Shown here one piece after another: positions 8,140-18,061 of a stretch of 64,000 bases of DNA. This stretch comes from Candidatus Falkowbacteria bacterium (lineage in GTDB: Bacteria > Patescibacteriota > Patescibacteriia > Patescibacteriales > UBA12075). Position 1 is the stretch's first letter; each line of letters opens with the position of its first letter. Below the pieces are notes generated by a model. That model was not told the DNA's origin. It worked only from the letters and a program-made list of their open reading frames with translations, and searched no databases. The stretch is taken from positions 44,511-108,510 of the forward strand of contig JAZDLN010000011.1 of NCBI GenBank assembly GCA_043801965.1, given 5' to 3'. Both the position numbers and the translations under genes were made by a program.

Positions 8140-9075
8140 ATGTCTATATTAACTAATTCGCTGTTGCTTTTGATCCTGTTCGCGGTCCTCGGGGTGGCCG
8201 CTGATTTCGCCGTCCGGAATATAAAATATATCGCTTCGGTTCTCAAGATGAGATTATTCGCTTTCGGGATCCTGCTTGGCCTTATTACCACCCTGCCGGA
8301 ACTGTCCGTCGGCATAAACGCCACGATAGACAAGGCCGCCTCCTTATCGGCCGGAAATCTCCTGGGCGGCGTAATCGTTCTTTTCGGCCTCGTTCTGGGA
8401 ACCAGCCTTTTCCTTAACCGCCAGATCGATACTGACGATAATCTAAAAACCCTCATTCCGGAAATGGCCGTGATATTTTCTCCGGTGTTATTCGGCTTGG
8501 ACGGACGCTTTGGACTTTTAGACGGCCTTATGATGATCGGCTTATACCTGGCGCTCCTTTACTATCTCTATCGCGCCAACCATACTATCGGGGGATCGCG
8601 TTTTGGCCTTATAGACAAAAACAAGATCGCCCGGGCGGCGCTTTTATCTATCTTCGGGATAATATTCATCCTTCTGGCTTCTCATTGGATAGTGGAGATA
8701 TCATTAAACCTTTTGCAATACTTTGGCATAAGCAAGCTGCTTATGGGGGTTTTGGTTTTTTCTATCGGAACGAATTTGCCGGAAATAACCATTACCGTGA
8801 CCTCCTGGCGCAAGAATATCTCCGAACTTTCCCTTAGCCATCTTCTAAGCTCCGCGTTTACCAATACGCTTGTCCTGGGAGTTCTCGCGTCAATCCAGAC
8901 GATTACTTTTACTGTCGGGCCGGCTTACTGGATTTTGATGTTTTTCATTATTCTTTTATTGATGTCATTCCTCTCTTTCTACCATAGCGGAAAAAAAATG
9001 GACCGGCGCGAGGGATTGATGCTCCTGTTGATTTACGTGGTATTCTTGGCCGCTAATTTATTGATAATAAAGTAG
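8140..9075 (+). CDS. Ca2+/cation antiporter (CaCA, YrbG-like) membrane protein
   Basis: Two alpha-repeats, GNLLGGVIVLFGLVLG and GTNLPEITITV. Multi-TM. Confidence 0.75.
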   Translation: MSILTNSLLLLILFAVLGVAADFAVRNIKYIASVLKMRLFAFGILLGLITTLPELSVGINATIDKAASLSAGNLLGGVIVLFGLVLGTSLFLNRQIDTDDNLKTLIPEMAVIFSPVLFGLDGRFGLLDGLMMIGLYLALLYYLYRANHTIGGSRFGLIDKNKIARAALLSIFGIIFILLASHWIVEISLNLLQYFGISKLLMGVLVFSIGTNLPEITITVTSWRKNISELSLSHLLSSAFTNTLVLGVLASIQTITFTVGPAYWILMFFIILLLMSFLSFYHSGKKMDRREGLMLLLIYVVFLAANLLIIK

Positions 9076-9091
9076 GTTTTGCCGGTATATT

Positions 9092-10276
9092 ATGCTTACA
9101 AAGAAAAAAAACGATACCTTGGGCGTCCTGGCGCGGCTGTTGCGGGAGAATAAAAAAAATATCATGAGCGCCAACCGGCGCGATATTTTATCCTGCCGAA
9201 GCGCCGACGCGTCCATGCTTGACCGCCTGAAAACGGACGAAACTAAAATTTCCGGCATGATAAAGGCGCTCAACCTGGTAAAAAAAATGCCTGATCCGGA
9301 AAACCGGACGATCTATTTTCATAAGCACCGCAACGGGCTTAAGATAGAAAACAGAACCGTTCCTTTCGGCACGATCCTCATAATCTACGAATCCCGTCCT
9401 GACGTTACGATCGAAGCGGCCGCTGCCGCTTTTAAAGCAGGCAACAGAGTGATCCTAAGGGGCGGGACGGAATCCAGAAAGACTAACCTGATTTTAGTGA
9501 AACTCTGGCGCGAGGCTTTAGCGGCTAACGGAATTTCAAAAGACCATGTTACCTATCTTGATCTAGACAGAAAAAAAACAAAAGAATTCATCAAAAACAG
9601 CCAAGAGCCCGATCTGATAATTCCGCGCGGCGGGCAGAAGCTTATCGATTTTGTCAAAAAAAATACTGATATTCCCGTGATCGCTAGCGGCCGGGGAAAT
9701 AATTTCTTGTATCTCGATAAAAAATCCGACCCGGCCATGGCCGCGAAGATAATAATTAACGGCAAATCGAGAATAAGCGTATGCAACGCCCTGGATAAAG
9801 TTCTTATAAACCGTGATCTTCCGGATCTGAAAAATATACTTTCAAAATTAGTAAACTCTCTTTCGTCCGCCGGTATCGCCGTATACGGAGACCGTCCGGT
9901 ATGCCGCCTCGATAAAAGTATAAAAAATATCAGGGACAATTCCGTATTCGCCGAAGAATTCTTGTCCGCCAAGATACTTTTAAGCCTCGTTAAGGATATA
10001 GACGCGGCCATAGACCTCATAAATAAATATTCCGGCGGCCATTCGGCGGCCATAATCACGGCCGACGCGAAAAAGGCTTTAAAATTCCAGAACGAGGTTG
10101 ATTGCGCGGCCGTTTATCATAACGCCTCAACGAGATTTACCGACGGCGGAGAATTCGGATCAGGCGCGGAGATTGCGATAAGCACGCAAAAGCTGCATTT
10201 CCGGGGACCGATCGGGCCGAACGAGCTTGTTACCAATAAATGGTTCATAAGCGGCCGCGGCCAGATCAGGAAATAA
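9092..10276 (+). CDS. proA: glutamate-5-semialdehyde dehydrogenase
   Basis: YESRPDVTIEAAAAAFKAGNRVILRGG, GGHSAAIIT, NASTRFTDGGEFG motifs. Confidence 0.9.
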   Translation: MLTKKKNDTLGVLARLLRENKKNIMSANRRDILSCRSADASMLDRLKTDETKISGMIKALNLVKKMPDPENRTIYFHKHRNGLKIENRTVPFGTILIIYESRPDVTIEAAAAAFKAGNRVILRGGTESRKTNLILVKLWREALAANGISKDHVTYLDLDRKKTKEFIKNSQEPDLIIPRGGQKLIDFVKKNTDIPVIASGRGNNFLYLDKKSDPAMAAKIIINGKSRISVCNALDKVLINRDLPDLKNILSKLVNSLSSAGIAVYGDRPVCRLDKSIKNIRDNSVFAEEFLSAKILLSLVKDIDAAIDLINKYSGGHSAAIITADAKKALKFQNEVDCAAVYHNASTRFTDGGEFGSGAEIAISTQKLHFRGPIGPNELVTNKWFISGRGQIRK

Positions 10277-10289
10277 CCAGACAAAAAGT

Positions 10290-11051
10290 ATGAAAAAAAA
10301 ATTAGTGATAAAAATAGGGACATCGACCCTCACGGCCGGCACCGACCGGATCTCCTACGGCAAGATCGAGGATATCGCCCGGCAGATTGTTACCCTGAAA
10401 AAAGCGTACGATATCGTCCTGGTCTCTTCCGGCGCCATTGCCGCCGCCCGGCAATTCATAGACATAAACGGCCACCGGAAAAAGGTTGACTCAAAGCAGG
10501 CGATGGCGGCGATCGGCCAGCCTAAACTTATGGGTATCTACGACGAGGTTTTCGGCGGCTTCGGATTAAAAACCGCGCAATGCCTTATGACCTACCGGGA
10601 TTTCGAGGATAAAACGGCAAAAAACAATACGAAAAACACGATAGGAAAACTCCTTGAAAACGATTATATCCCGATTATAAACGAAAACGATACGGTCGCG
10701 ATCGAAGAAATAATTCTGGGGGATAACGACAAATTATCCGCTTTGGTGGCTTCGATCATAAAAGCGGATCTTTTGATTATCGCCTCCGATATCGACGGGC
10801 TGTACGACAAAAACCCCCATCTGAATAAAAACGCGGTCCTGATCGAAGAGGTAAGGAATCTAAACCGGGTCGCCGCTTTCGCGGAAGAAAAAAATTCCGG
10901 TCCGGGAACGGGCGGGATGACCTCGAAGATCCAGGCGGCCGTTATCTGCCGGAAAAACAAAATAGAAATGTGGATCGTCAACGGCGGCAAAAGCGGCTTT
11001 CTGGCGCAAGCCCTAAAAAATAAAATCCCTTTTACTAAATTCAAATTTTAA
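10290..11051 (+). CDS. proB: glutamate 5-kinase (no PUA domain)
   Basis: KLVIKIGTSTLT, VLVSSGAIAAA, NENDTVA, GTGGMTSK motifs. Confidence 0.9.
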   Translation: MKKKLVIKIGTSTLTAGTDRISYGKIEDIARQIVTLKKAYDIVLVSSGAIAAARQFIDINGHRKKVDSKQAMAAIGQPKLMGIYDEVFGGFGLKTAQCLMTYRDFEDKTAKNNTKNTIGKLLENDYIPIINENDTVAIEEIILGDNDKLSALVASIIKADLLIIASDIDGLYDKNPHLNKNAVLIEEVRNLNRVAAFAEEKNSGPGTGGMTSKIQAAVICRKNKIEMWIVNGGKSGFLAQALKNKIPFTKFKF

Positions 11052-11054
11052 ATT

Positions 11055-11828
11055 ATGAATTACGGCTTTATCGGTTTCGGCAACCTAGGCAGGGCCCTAT
11101 ACCTGAGTTTTAAAGACGACAAAAATCTGTCTTTCGCTTACGTGTCTAAAAATAACAAGCCTAAGGATATCCGGCCAATGAAAACTATCCCGTCCCTGGT
11201 TTCCTTTTCCGACGTGATCTGGCTGTGCGTAAAACCCAAAGACCTTGCGTCGGTACTGTCTGAATTGCGAACGGCCGGCCTGGGCGGCAAAACGATCGTT
11301 TCGGCTGTTGCCGGAAAAAATATCGCTTCCATCCGGAAATATCTGGGGAAAGATCCGGAATTGATCAGGATAATGCCGAACCTGGCGATCGCTTACAAAA
11401 AATCGGTTACCGCTTTTTACGCGGATAAGAAAAATTCCGCCAGGGCGAAAAATATCGGGCGCGTGCTCTCGCGGTCGGGGCGCGTGATCGAATTGCCGGA
11501 AAAGCATTTTGATCTGTTCACTGCTGTTTTTGGCAGCGGCCCGGCCTTCCTGCTCGAAATAATGCGCGTATTCGGAAACAAGATCAATGAACTTGGCATA
11601 GCGAAAAATGACGTTAATTCCCTGTTAGCCGATCTCGTAGCCGGCACGCTTATTCATTTCCAGGAAAACCAAAGCGAAAAAAGCATTGCGGATCTGATAA
11701 ACGGTATCGCCAGCAAAGGCGGAACGACCGAGGCCGGACTCGCATATTTTAAGAAAAAAAATCTGGATAAACTGCTGGCCGGAGTTATTACGGCAGCTAA
11801 AAACCGATCAATAAAAATAAGGACTTAA
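11055..11828 (+). CDS. proC: pyrroline-5-carboxylate reductase
   Basis: GFIGFGNLGRAL Rossmann motif, SKGGTTEAGL C-terminal motif. Third gene of a tightly packed pro operon. Confidence 0.85.
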   Translation: MNYGFIGFGNLGRALYLSFKDDKNLSFAYVSKNNKPKDIRPMKTIPSLVSFSDVIWLCVKPKDLASVLSELRTAGLGGKTIVSAVAGKNIASIRKYLGKDPELIRIMPNLAIAYKKSVTAFYADKKNSARAKNIGRVLSRSGRVIELPEKHFDLFTAVFGSGPAFLLEIMRVFGNKINELGIAKNDVNSLLADLVAGTLIHFQENQSEKSIADLINGIASKGGTTEAGLAYFKKKNLDKLLAGVITAAKNRSIKIRT

Positions 11829-11842
11829 ATTTTTTAAATTAT

Positions 11843-14248
11843 ATGAATTTTGAAAAAAAATTAAATACGGCTCCGGAAACTCCAGGGGAGCCGGAAATGA
11901 AAAAAATAACCGAAGAAGAATTCGGGGCTTTGCAAAAACTCGGATCAAGGGCTAAGGGCCTGGCTCGAGCCTTAACCTTTTTTACCGCCGTTAATCTGGC
12001 AGGCTGTACTTTGCCCAAAATTAAAAATGAGGAAAGCAATCGCATAAAACCCGCCACCAGCGCCGGAGAAGTAATGCCGGAATCGGAAAAGCCTAAAGAC
12101 CTTTACGATGCGCAGATCAACGCCGCGAGACAAGAAGAAGCGCCAAGCGCGGAAGAGATCAAAGAAATAATCGAATACAAAGAGAAGTATCCGCCGGAAT
12201 TCTTAAAAAGAGCGCATAAACTAAAAGGAGTGGCCGGTATCGGCCTTGCCGCCATGATCCTAGAGGCCAAAGAAAAATCATTGGTTAGTTTTCTGGGAAA
12301 TGCTTCTAACTATGAGGGAATTCAAGGTTTAGATTTAAAAAAAGAAGTCAACAAAGCCATACAGGAAGATCCGACCGGCTTTCTTCTTTGCGCCTTGGGT
12401 TTGAAAAGTATTATGGGTAACGACCTGAAGCAGGCCATTCTGGAGGCCGCTCCCAAGGATTATTTTATGTTCCTGACAAACGCCCCCTACTACAAAGATA
12501 TCCTGGGTGCCGAACTAAAACCGGCGATCATTAGGGCGGGGGAGGCGTATCCCTGGCTATTTTTAAGTAATGCTCCATATGTCAAAGAAATCCTAGGAGA
12601 CGACTTGTCTGCTGAAATCGCGAAAGCCGTGCCGGTGGCTCTGAAAAATTATATTAGCAATGCCCGCAAGCTTAAACAGATAATGGATCCCGCTGAGTGG
12701 CAATCCCATCTGGAAGCGGCTTTTGCGGCTTGCCCGGGGGCTATAAATGAATATGGCGGACTTCTGGAATCTATAAAAAAACCTGAGTTAGAATCGACAG
12801 CTGCTTTGAAGAATATTAAGAACACGCAAACAGCAATTCTTTTAAACGACATGGTTAAGCACGGCTTATCAGAAGACGATGCTTTAAAAATAGTTAATAA
12901 CGAGGACGCGCTATTAAAGGCTTTGGTTAAGATAAAATGCGAACCGGATCATCTTGGCCGGATTACGGTTGAAGAAAACCTGAAAACATTGAGTTTGCAA
13001 AAAGTCAAACAGATCAATGATCTTCATGAGGAGATGGACGCTGTCAGATTTAAATCCGTTAATGACGCTTCCCCTGAAGAATTATACAACCTATCGGTTT
13101 ACGGCGAAGAAGAAATCTTTACCTCTACTTTTAACGGTTTTTTTAACCGAATGACAGCTAAAATGAGCCGGGAAAAGCTTAACGGCGATGACCTGCTCAA
13201 AAAAACAAACAGGAATAAATTCAGAACCTTCATAAAGGAATGCGCCGGCTTCAATCGTCTCAATGAATTCCTCCAAACAATGAGCCGGGAAAGCGCGCAC
13301 GCCTTGCTTACCGATGTCGTATCTAATCTTGACGCAGCCGATGATAAACTAGCCCAAGCGACCACGGTCGCTGATATTTTCGGAGTTGTTAACGACGAAA
13401 AGATTTTAACTGTATTACAGGAACAAATTAAACTGGAATACGACCGGGTAAGCGGTCCGCAAACAGGCGCAAATAACAAAATCCTTTACGGCATCCTAGC
13501 CGGGATGTTCGGTGACCGAGCGCTTGTCCATAAAGATTGGTTTAAAAAGATGTCCTATGAATTTAAGCTTGGTAATTTTACGGAAGTAAAATCAACCGAT
13601 CTTTTTAACTCGGAGGGCTTAAATGTTCAACAATATCTCTTTTATAATGACAAAGACGGCCACGCTTCTTTCAAGTATTTTATGGCCCAATATAAAGATG
13701 AACGCAAGTGGCGGATAGAAAAAAAAGACCACTACGCTATTATCAGTTCCGTGGGCAACGGAAAAAAAATAGCAATGTACGCGAGTTACCCGGAATTTGA
13801 TCGTGATGCCCCCGATGAAATCGAGATGGCACTCAAGGCGAAAAACATACGTACGCATGTTATGGTGCACCGCGGCCACAGTTATCATACCCCTAAAACC
13901 ATTGACGGAATATCGTCTGACACTAAAATAGTTTCCTTGGGCGGCTGCGGGGGTTATAATAACCTTTATGGGGTATTGGAAAGATCTATTAATGCGCATA
14001 TTATCTCCACTAAAGGCACCGGTTCTATGTATGTTAACGATCCTTTATTTAAGATGTTAAACGAGGCGATTTTATCCGGAAAAGATATATCCTGGCCGGA
14101 GTTTTGGGCTTCGGCCGAGAGAAGGCTGGGTAAAAATCCCGATTTCCGCAACTACGTCGCTCCGCATAAAAACCTAGGAGTTATGTTCCTGAAAACCTAT
14201 AACAAAGAGCTTGAGAGAGCGAAAGATCAGCTGGTGGCAGAGAAATAA
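11843..14248 (+). CDS. large hypothetical lipoprotein with internal repeats
   Basis: Lipobox-like NLAGC about 55 aa in. Repeated N-A-(S/P)-Y-x-(E/K)-(G)-I-x-G-x-(D/E)-L segments. C-terminal HRGHSYH...SLGGCGGY region. Confidence 0.65.
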   Translation: MNFEKKLNTAPETPGEPEMKKITEEEFGALQKLGSRAKGLARALTFFTAVNLAGCTLPKIKNEESNRIKPATSAGEVMPESEKPKDLYDAQINAARQEEAPSAEEIKEIIEYKEKYPPEFLKRAHKLKGVAGIGLAAMILEAKEKSLVSFLGNASNYEGIQGLDLKKEVNKAIQEDPTGFLLCALGLKSIMGNDLKQAILEAAPKDYFMFLTNAPYYKDILGAELKPAIIRAGEAYPWLFLSNAPYVKEILGDDLSAEIAKAVPVALKNYISNARKLKQIMDPAEWQSHLEAAFAACPGAINEYGGLLESIKKPELESTAALKNIKNTQTAILLNDMVKHGLSEDDALKIVNNEDALLKALVKIKCEPDHLGRITVEENLKTLSLQKVKQINDLHEEMDAVRFKSVNDASPEELYNLSVYGEEEIFTSTFNGFFNRMTAKMSREKLNGDDLLKKTNRNKFRTFIKECAGFNRLNEFLQTMSRESAHALLTDVVSNLDAADDKLAQATTVADIFGVVNDEKILTVLQEQIKLEYDRVSGPQTGANNKILYGILAGMFGDRALVHKDWFKKMSYEFKLGNFTEVKSTDLFNSEGLNVQQYLFYNDKDGHASFKYFMAQYKDERKWRIEKKDHYAIISSVGNGKKIAMYASYPEFDRDAPDEIEMALKAKNIRTHVMVHRGHSYHTPKTIDGISSDTKIVSLGGCGGYNNLYGVLERSINAHIISTKGTGSMYVNDPLFKMLNEAILSGKDISWPEFWASAERRLGKNPDFRNYVAPHKNLGVMFLKTYNKELERAKDQLVAEK

Positions 14249-14270
14249 AAAATATATTTGGCGCGGAAAT

Positions 14271-14302
14271 AAAAAAACCGGAAGTTAAGCTTCCGGTTTT
14301 TA
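14271..14302. terminator. bidirectional terminator between convergent genes
   Basis: aaaaaaaccggaag-ttaa-gcttccggttttt. Confidence 0.7.
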
Positions 14303-14315
14303 TATGGCGAAATAC

Positions 14316-15413
14316 TTAATTTACGTATTTAGTAAGATTCCGCGGCGTATCGATCTTAAGCCCCTTACTGACCGCTATCTCATAGGCCAGAAGCTGCAAG
14401 GGGATAATGGATAAAACCGGAACGAATATCTCAAGGGCCGGCGGAATATATATGATATCATCCGCCAGGTCTTTAAGCCGGCTGTTGCCCGCAGTCGTGA
14501 CGGCCAGGATGCGCGCGCCCGCTTTTTTTACCTCTTTGATTATTCTCGCGTTATCCTCGTAAACCGGATCTTTCGGCGCCAGGAATATGACCGGAAATCC
14601 TTTTTCTATGATCGCCAATGGTCCGTGCCGGAATTCGCCGGTCGCGAGACCTTCGGCGTGGAGATAAGCGGTTTCTTTGAGCTTCAAAGCCGCCTCCAGG
14701 GCGATCGGATAATTGTATTTTTCCCCCAATACGGCGTAGCCTTTTTCCTGTGCATATTTTCCGGCTATCTCTTTAATTTCCGACCCCAGCTTTAAAACGG
14801 CGCCCATTTTATCGGAAAAAGACCTAAGCTCCGTGATTGCCGACTCAGAGAGTACCGGCGGCTTCCGGTTCAGGCTGTCGAAATAAACCGCCAAGAGCCC
14901 CAAGAGCATTATCTGGCTCGTGAATGTCTTGGTGGCCGCCACGGCTGATTCCTGGCCGGCTTCCGTGTAAACGCTGACATCCGCGTATTTCGCCAGAGAG
15001 GAATTAAATTCGTTCGTTATGCCGATAAGGAAGGCGTCTTTCTCTTTGGCGAGACGAGCCGCTCTTAATACGTCGCCGGTTTCTCCGGACTGGCTTAAAA
15101 GTATCACGGCCGTCTTGCTTTCGATTACGGCTTCGCGCTTGGCGAATTCATCGGCCGTTTCATATTCGCAATTCATGCCCGTCAGTTCCTCAAAAGCGTA
15201 ATTGCCGTAGATTGCCGCGTGATAAGACGTGCCGCAACCCAAAAAAATGATCCTTTGGATGTTTTTAAGAATCCTGATTTTGTCGTCGCCGAATTCTTCG
15301 AAAACCGCGCGTCCTGTTTTAAAGTCCACGCGTTTATTGATAATATCCTTGATGATTTCCGGCTGCTCCCGGATTTCTTCGATCATTTTCGATTGTCCAT
15401 CGTCGTTCTTCAT
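14316..15413 (-). CDS. double-SIS-domain sugar isomerase (GlmS C-terminal half-like, no glutaminase domain)
   Basis: GCGTSYHAA and SQSGETGD SIS motifs. The C-terminus TPRNLTKYVN parallels glmS KPRNLAKSVTVE. Confidence 0.8.
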   Translation of the reverse strand: MKNDDGQSKMIEEIREQPEIIKDIINKRVDFKTGRAVFEEFGDDKIRILKNIQRIIFLGCGTSYHAAIYGNYAFEELTGMNCEYETADEFAKREAVIESKTAVILLSQSGETGDVLRAARLAKEKDAFLIGITNEFNSSLAKYADVSVYTEAGQESAVAATKTFTSQIMLLGLLAVYFDSLNRKPPVLSESAITELRSFSDKMGAVLKLGSEIKEIAGKYAQEKGYAVLGEKYNYPIALEAALKLKETAYLHAEGLATGEFRHGPLAIIEKGFPVIFLAPKDPVYEDNARIIKEVKKAGARILAVTTAGNSRLKDLADDIIYIPPALEIFVPVLSIIPLQLLAYEIAVSKGLKIDTPRNLTKYVN

Positions 15414-15519
15414 AAAATTTTATGTAAATAATACTCAATATTAATTTATCACTTTTAACGCATTTGAGCAAATAAAAATCATGCTCCGGTAGGAGCGTGA
15501 TTTGAATTTCCGGTATTTA

Positions 15520-16236
15520 TTATTTTTTGCTTAAAGCGGACCCGCCGCCCGTATAAACCGCTTCCGCCAGAATGCTTTCCGCGCGTTTAAGACTCGGCAG
15601 ATCCGATACCTGGAGCCAATCCGTGGTCTTTTCGATGCCGACCGGCCAATCCCGGGCCATCCGGGCGATAGTCTGGGGTAATCCGTATTCCCGGCCGTCG
15701 TGGACGGGAACAAGATCATAATCAAAAATTTTTTTATTTAGTACGTACATGGCCGCGTTAGCCAGGGCCCGGCTTTTATTATGCGCGCCTTCGATAATAT
15801 CGGCTAAACGGCCGGCGTTATCCAAAACGACGCGGCCGCCGCTGAATTTACCGCTTGCCTCTCTGGCTAATATGCATTGTTCGTGCTTAAGGCATCTTTC
15901 CGCGTCGCCATATCCGTAAATATCGTCTCCCATTATGACCAGAAACCGCTCGCCTAATTTTTCCCGGCAGGCGTGGATCGCGTGTCCGGTGCCTAATAAT
16001 TTTTGCTGTTTGACGTAGCTTATCTTCCGGCCGCCGAACTCATAGCCGAAATGATTCATGATCTGCTCGCCTAAATATCCGACGACAAAAATAATTTCAT
16101 TTATTTCTTCCGGCAAACGGTCCAGATTGTGTTCGATTAAATTTTTTCCCGCCGCCTTGACCATGGGCTTGGGCACGTGGTAGGTTAACGGCCGAAGCCT
16201 CGTGCCTCGTCCGGCGGCCAGTATTACTGCTTGCAT
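15520..16236 (-). CDS. sugar-phosphate nucleotidyltransferase
   Basis: MQAVILAAGRGTRLRPLTYHVPKPMV signature (GxGTRLxPLT). Confidence 0.8.
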   Translation of the reverse strand: MQAVILAAGRGTRLRPLTYHVPKPMVKAAGKNLIEHNLDRLPEEINEIIFVVGYLGEQIMNHFGYEFGGRKISYVKQQKLLGTGHAIHACREKLGERFLVIMGDDIYGYGDAERCLKHEQCILAREASGKFSGGRVVLDNAGRLADIIEGAHNKSRALANAAMYVLNKKIFDYDLVPVHDGREYGLPQTIARMARDWPVGIEKTTDWLQVSDLPSLKRAESILAEAVYTGGGSALSKK

Positions 16237-16265
16237 ATTTTATCGGTATTAAGAATATAGTATCT

Positions 16266-16322
16266 GGTATTTAGCGATAAAATACGACCGCTAAATACTA
16301 AATACAAAATACTAAATACTTA
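16266..16322. repeat. AT-rich hairpin followed by tandem degenerate 7-mers (TAAATAC type)
   Basis: gtatttagcg...cgctaaatac then taaatac aaaatac taaatac. Confidence 0.6.
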
Positions 16323-16331
16323 ATTTAAATA

Positions 16332-16940
16332 TTATTGTAAAATTCTTAACAATTCATTAAAACTAAACTCTTTCATATTATGCCGGATATTTTTTGAATG
16401 CGGGCTTTTCACTAAAATCGTCCTGACACTGTCTCCCAGAGCTTTTTTGATGGCGATATTTTCCCGCGCGTTATCGTTTATTATTAGCGCCTGGCCTCGG
16501 CTCTTTTTTAAAAACTTCAAAACAGAACCTTTATTCTTATCGGTTATAATGATCCTGTTAAAATGTTGTTTTATGCTAAGCCCGTTCACTTTCGCTTTTT
16601 GCCAGCGGTTATCGCCGAAGGTGAGCAGTATTAATTTATTTTTTCTTTTTTTAAGTTTACAGAGCAAATCTTCCGCCCCGGAATAAAGATATTTGTCCAT
16701 ATTTTTAAACAAGGCCCTGACCTTTTCGCGCGCCCGGACCCCGTCCATGATATATCCGTCTCTTTTTAAATAATTAATGTGCTTATAGCCGCTGTATTTC
16801 CGGGTAAACAATAATTCCGGGAAATACTTGTCCCGGGTAGAATTATAAACTCGCGGACTTATGCCCATAGCCTTAGGCAGATCCAAAAGTAATTTTTTCG
16901 TATCAAGTAAAGTAAAATCGAGATCAAAAACGTAAATCAT
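16332..16940 (-). CDS. HAD superfamily hydrolase
   Basis: MIYVFDLDFTLLDT motif I. Confidence 0.6.
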   Translation of the reverse strand: MIYVFDLDFTLLDTKKLLLDLPKAMGISPRVYNSTRDKYFPELLFTRKYSGYKHINYLKRDGYIMDGVRAREKVRALFKNMDKYLYSGAEDLLCKLKKRKNKLILLTFGDNRWQKAKVNGLSIKQHFNRIIITDKNKGSVLKFLKKSRGQALIINDNARENIAIKKALGDSVRTILVKSPHSKNIRHNMKEFSFNELLRILQ

Positions 16941-17016
16941 ACAATCAAATAATTTAATCCCGCCGCTGCGGGACGAGCGTCAATTCGCCGTAGCATATTC
17001 TTGAAAAATGTTCATT

Positions 17017-18030
17017 TCATGCCTCATCGGCTTGCCGCGAGGTAGTTGATTTAAAAATTATCTTCTTTATAACCCCGGCCAGTTTTTTCGGATCGTGCCG
17101 CGCGATATCGCCGGAAGCGTTTAAAAGGTCTTTTCTGATTATTGTCCTGTTCCCCCAGGTATCGCGGCGGCCTATTTCCACTAAACCGGCTTTTTGCTGC
17201 CGGTATTCTTCCAATACTTTTTCTTCCGGCCGGGCCGAGTTCAGTATGGCGATGTCAACGGTTTTTTTAAGAAAACGTTCCAGACCGGCAATAAAATCGC
17301 GGGCGGTAAAATCGTCGGTTTCGCCGAATTTAGTCATAATATTAACTACATAGACCAACTTCGCCCTGGTCCTGGCTATGGCTTCCGAGACGCCTTCGAC
17401 CAGGAAATTCGGGGTAATACTCGTATAAAGATCCCCTGGACCGATCAATATATAGTCGGCGGATCGGATAGCCTCAAGGACTGGCGGATAAACCTTGACC
17501 TCTTCGCTCGCGTGGGGAGCTAAAAAGGTATGCTTGATGCGCCCGCGCGTTTCTCCGCGCGGCACGTCGATCGCCGCCTCCCCGTAAAGCCGCCGACCAT
17601 CGGTTAATTCCGCCACCAACGTGGCTTTGTCGATGGTAACCGGCAGAACCGTACCGGCGCTGTCCAGTATCTCTCCTAAGGCCTTAACGCTTTCCGGAAA
17701 ATCGTCGGTATACTGCGACAGCATGGTTAAGAGCATATTGCCGACGCTATGGCCCTTAAGTTTATTTTCCCCGCTAAAGCGCTTCTGCAGAAGTTCCCGG
17801 TAAATTTCCCGGTTTCGGGACAGGGCTAAAACGCACTTAAGGATATCGCCGGGCGGCAAAACCCCAAGCTCGTCCCGAAGACGTCCCGTCGAACCGCCCG
17901 AATCCATCATAGACACGACGGCGGTTATGTCTATACCGGGAAGGTCTCTTAAACCCGAGAGCAAAGCGAATTGCCCGGATCCGCCGCCGATTGTGACGAT
18001 TTTTTTATTCGTGCTGGTTGTATTCGACAT
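17017..18030 (-). CDS. YvcK/CofD-family (UPF0052) gluconeogenesis-factor-like protein
   Basis: IVTIGGGSGQFALLSGL and VSMMDSGGSTGRLRDELGVLPPGD motifs. Confidence 0.85.
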   Translation of the reverse strand: MSNTTSTNKKIVTIGGGSGQFALLSGLRDLPGIDITAVVSMMDSGGSTGRLRDELGVLPPGDILKCVLALSRNREIYRELLQKRFSGENKLKGHSVGNMLLTMLSQYTDDFPESVKALGEILDSAGTVLPVTIDKATLVAELTDGRRLYGEAAIDVPRGETRGRIKHTFLAPHASEEVKVYPPVLEAIRSADYILIGPGDLYTSITPNFLVEGVSEAIARTRAKLVYVVNIMTKFGETDDFTARDFIAGLERFLKKTVDIAILNSARPEEKVLEEYRQQKAGLVEIGRRDTWGNRTIIRKDLLNASGDIARHDPKKLAGVIKKIIFKSTTSRQADEA

Positions 18031-18061
18031 ATAAATTTTATAAATTAAACCTTAAAAATGC

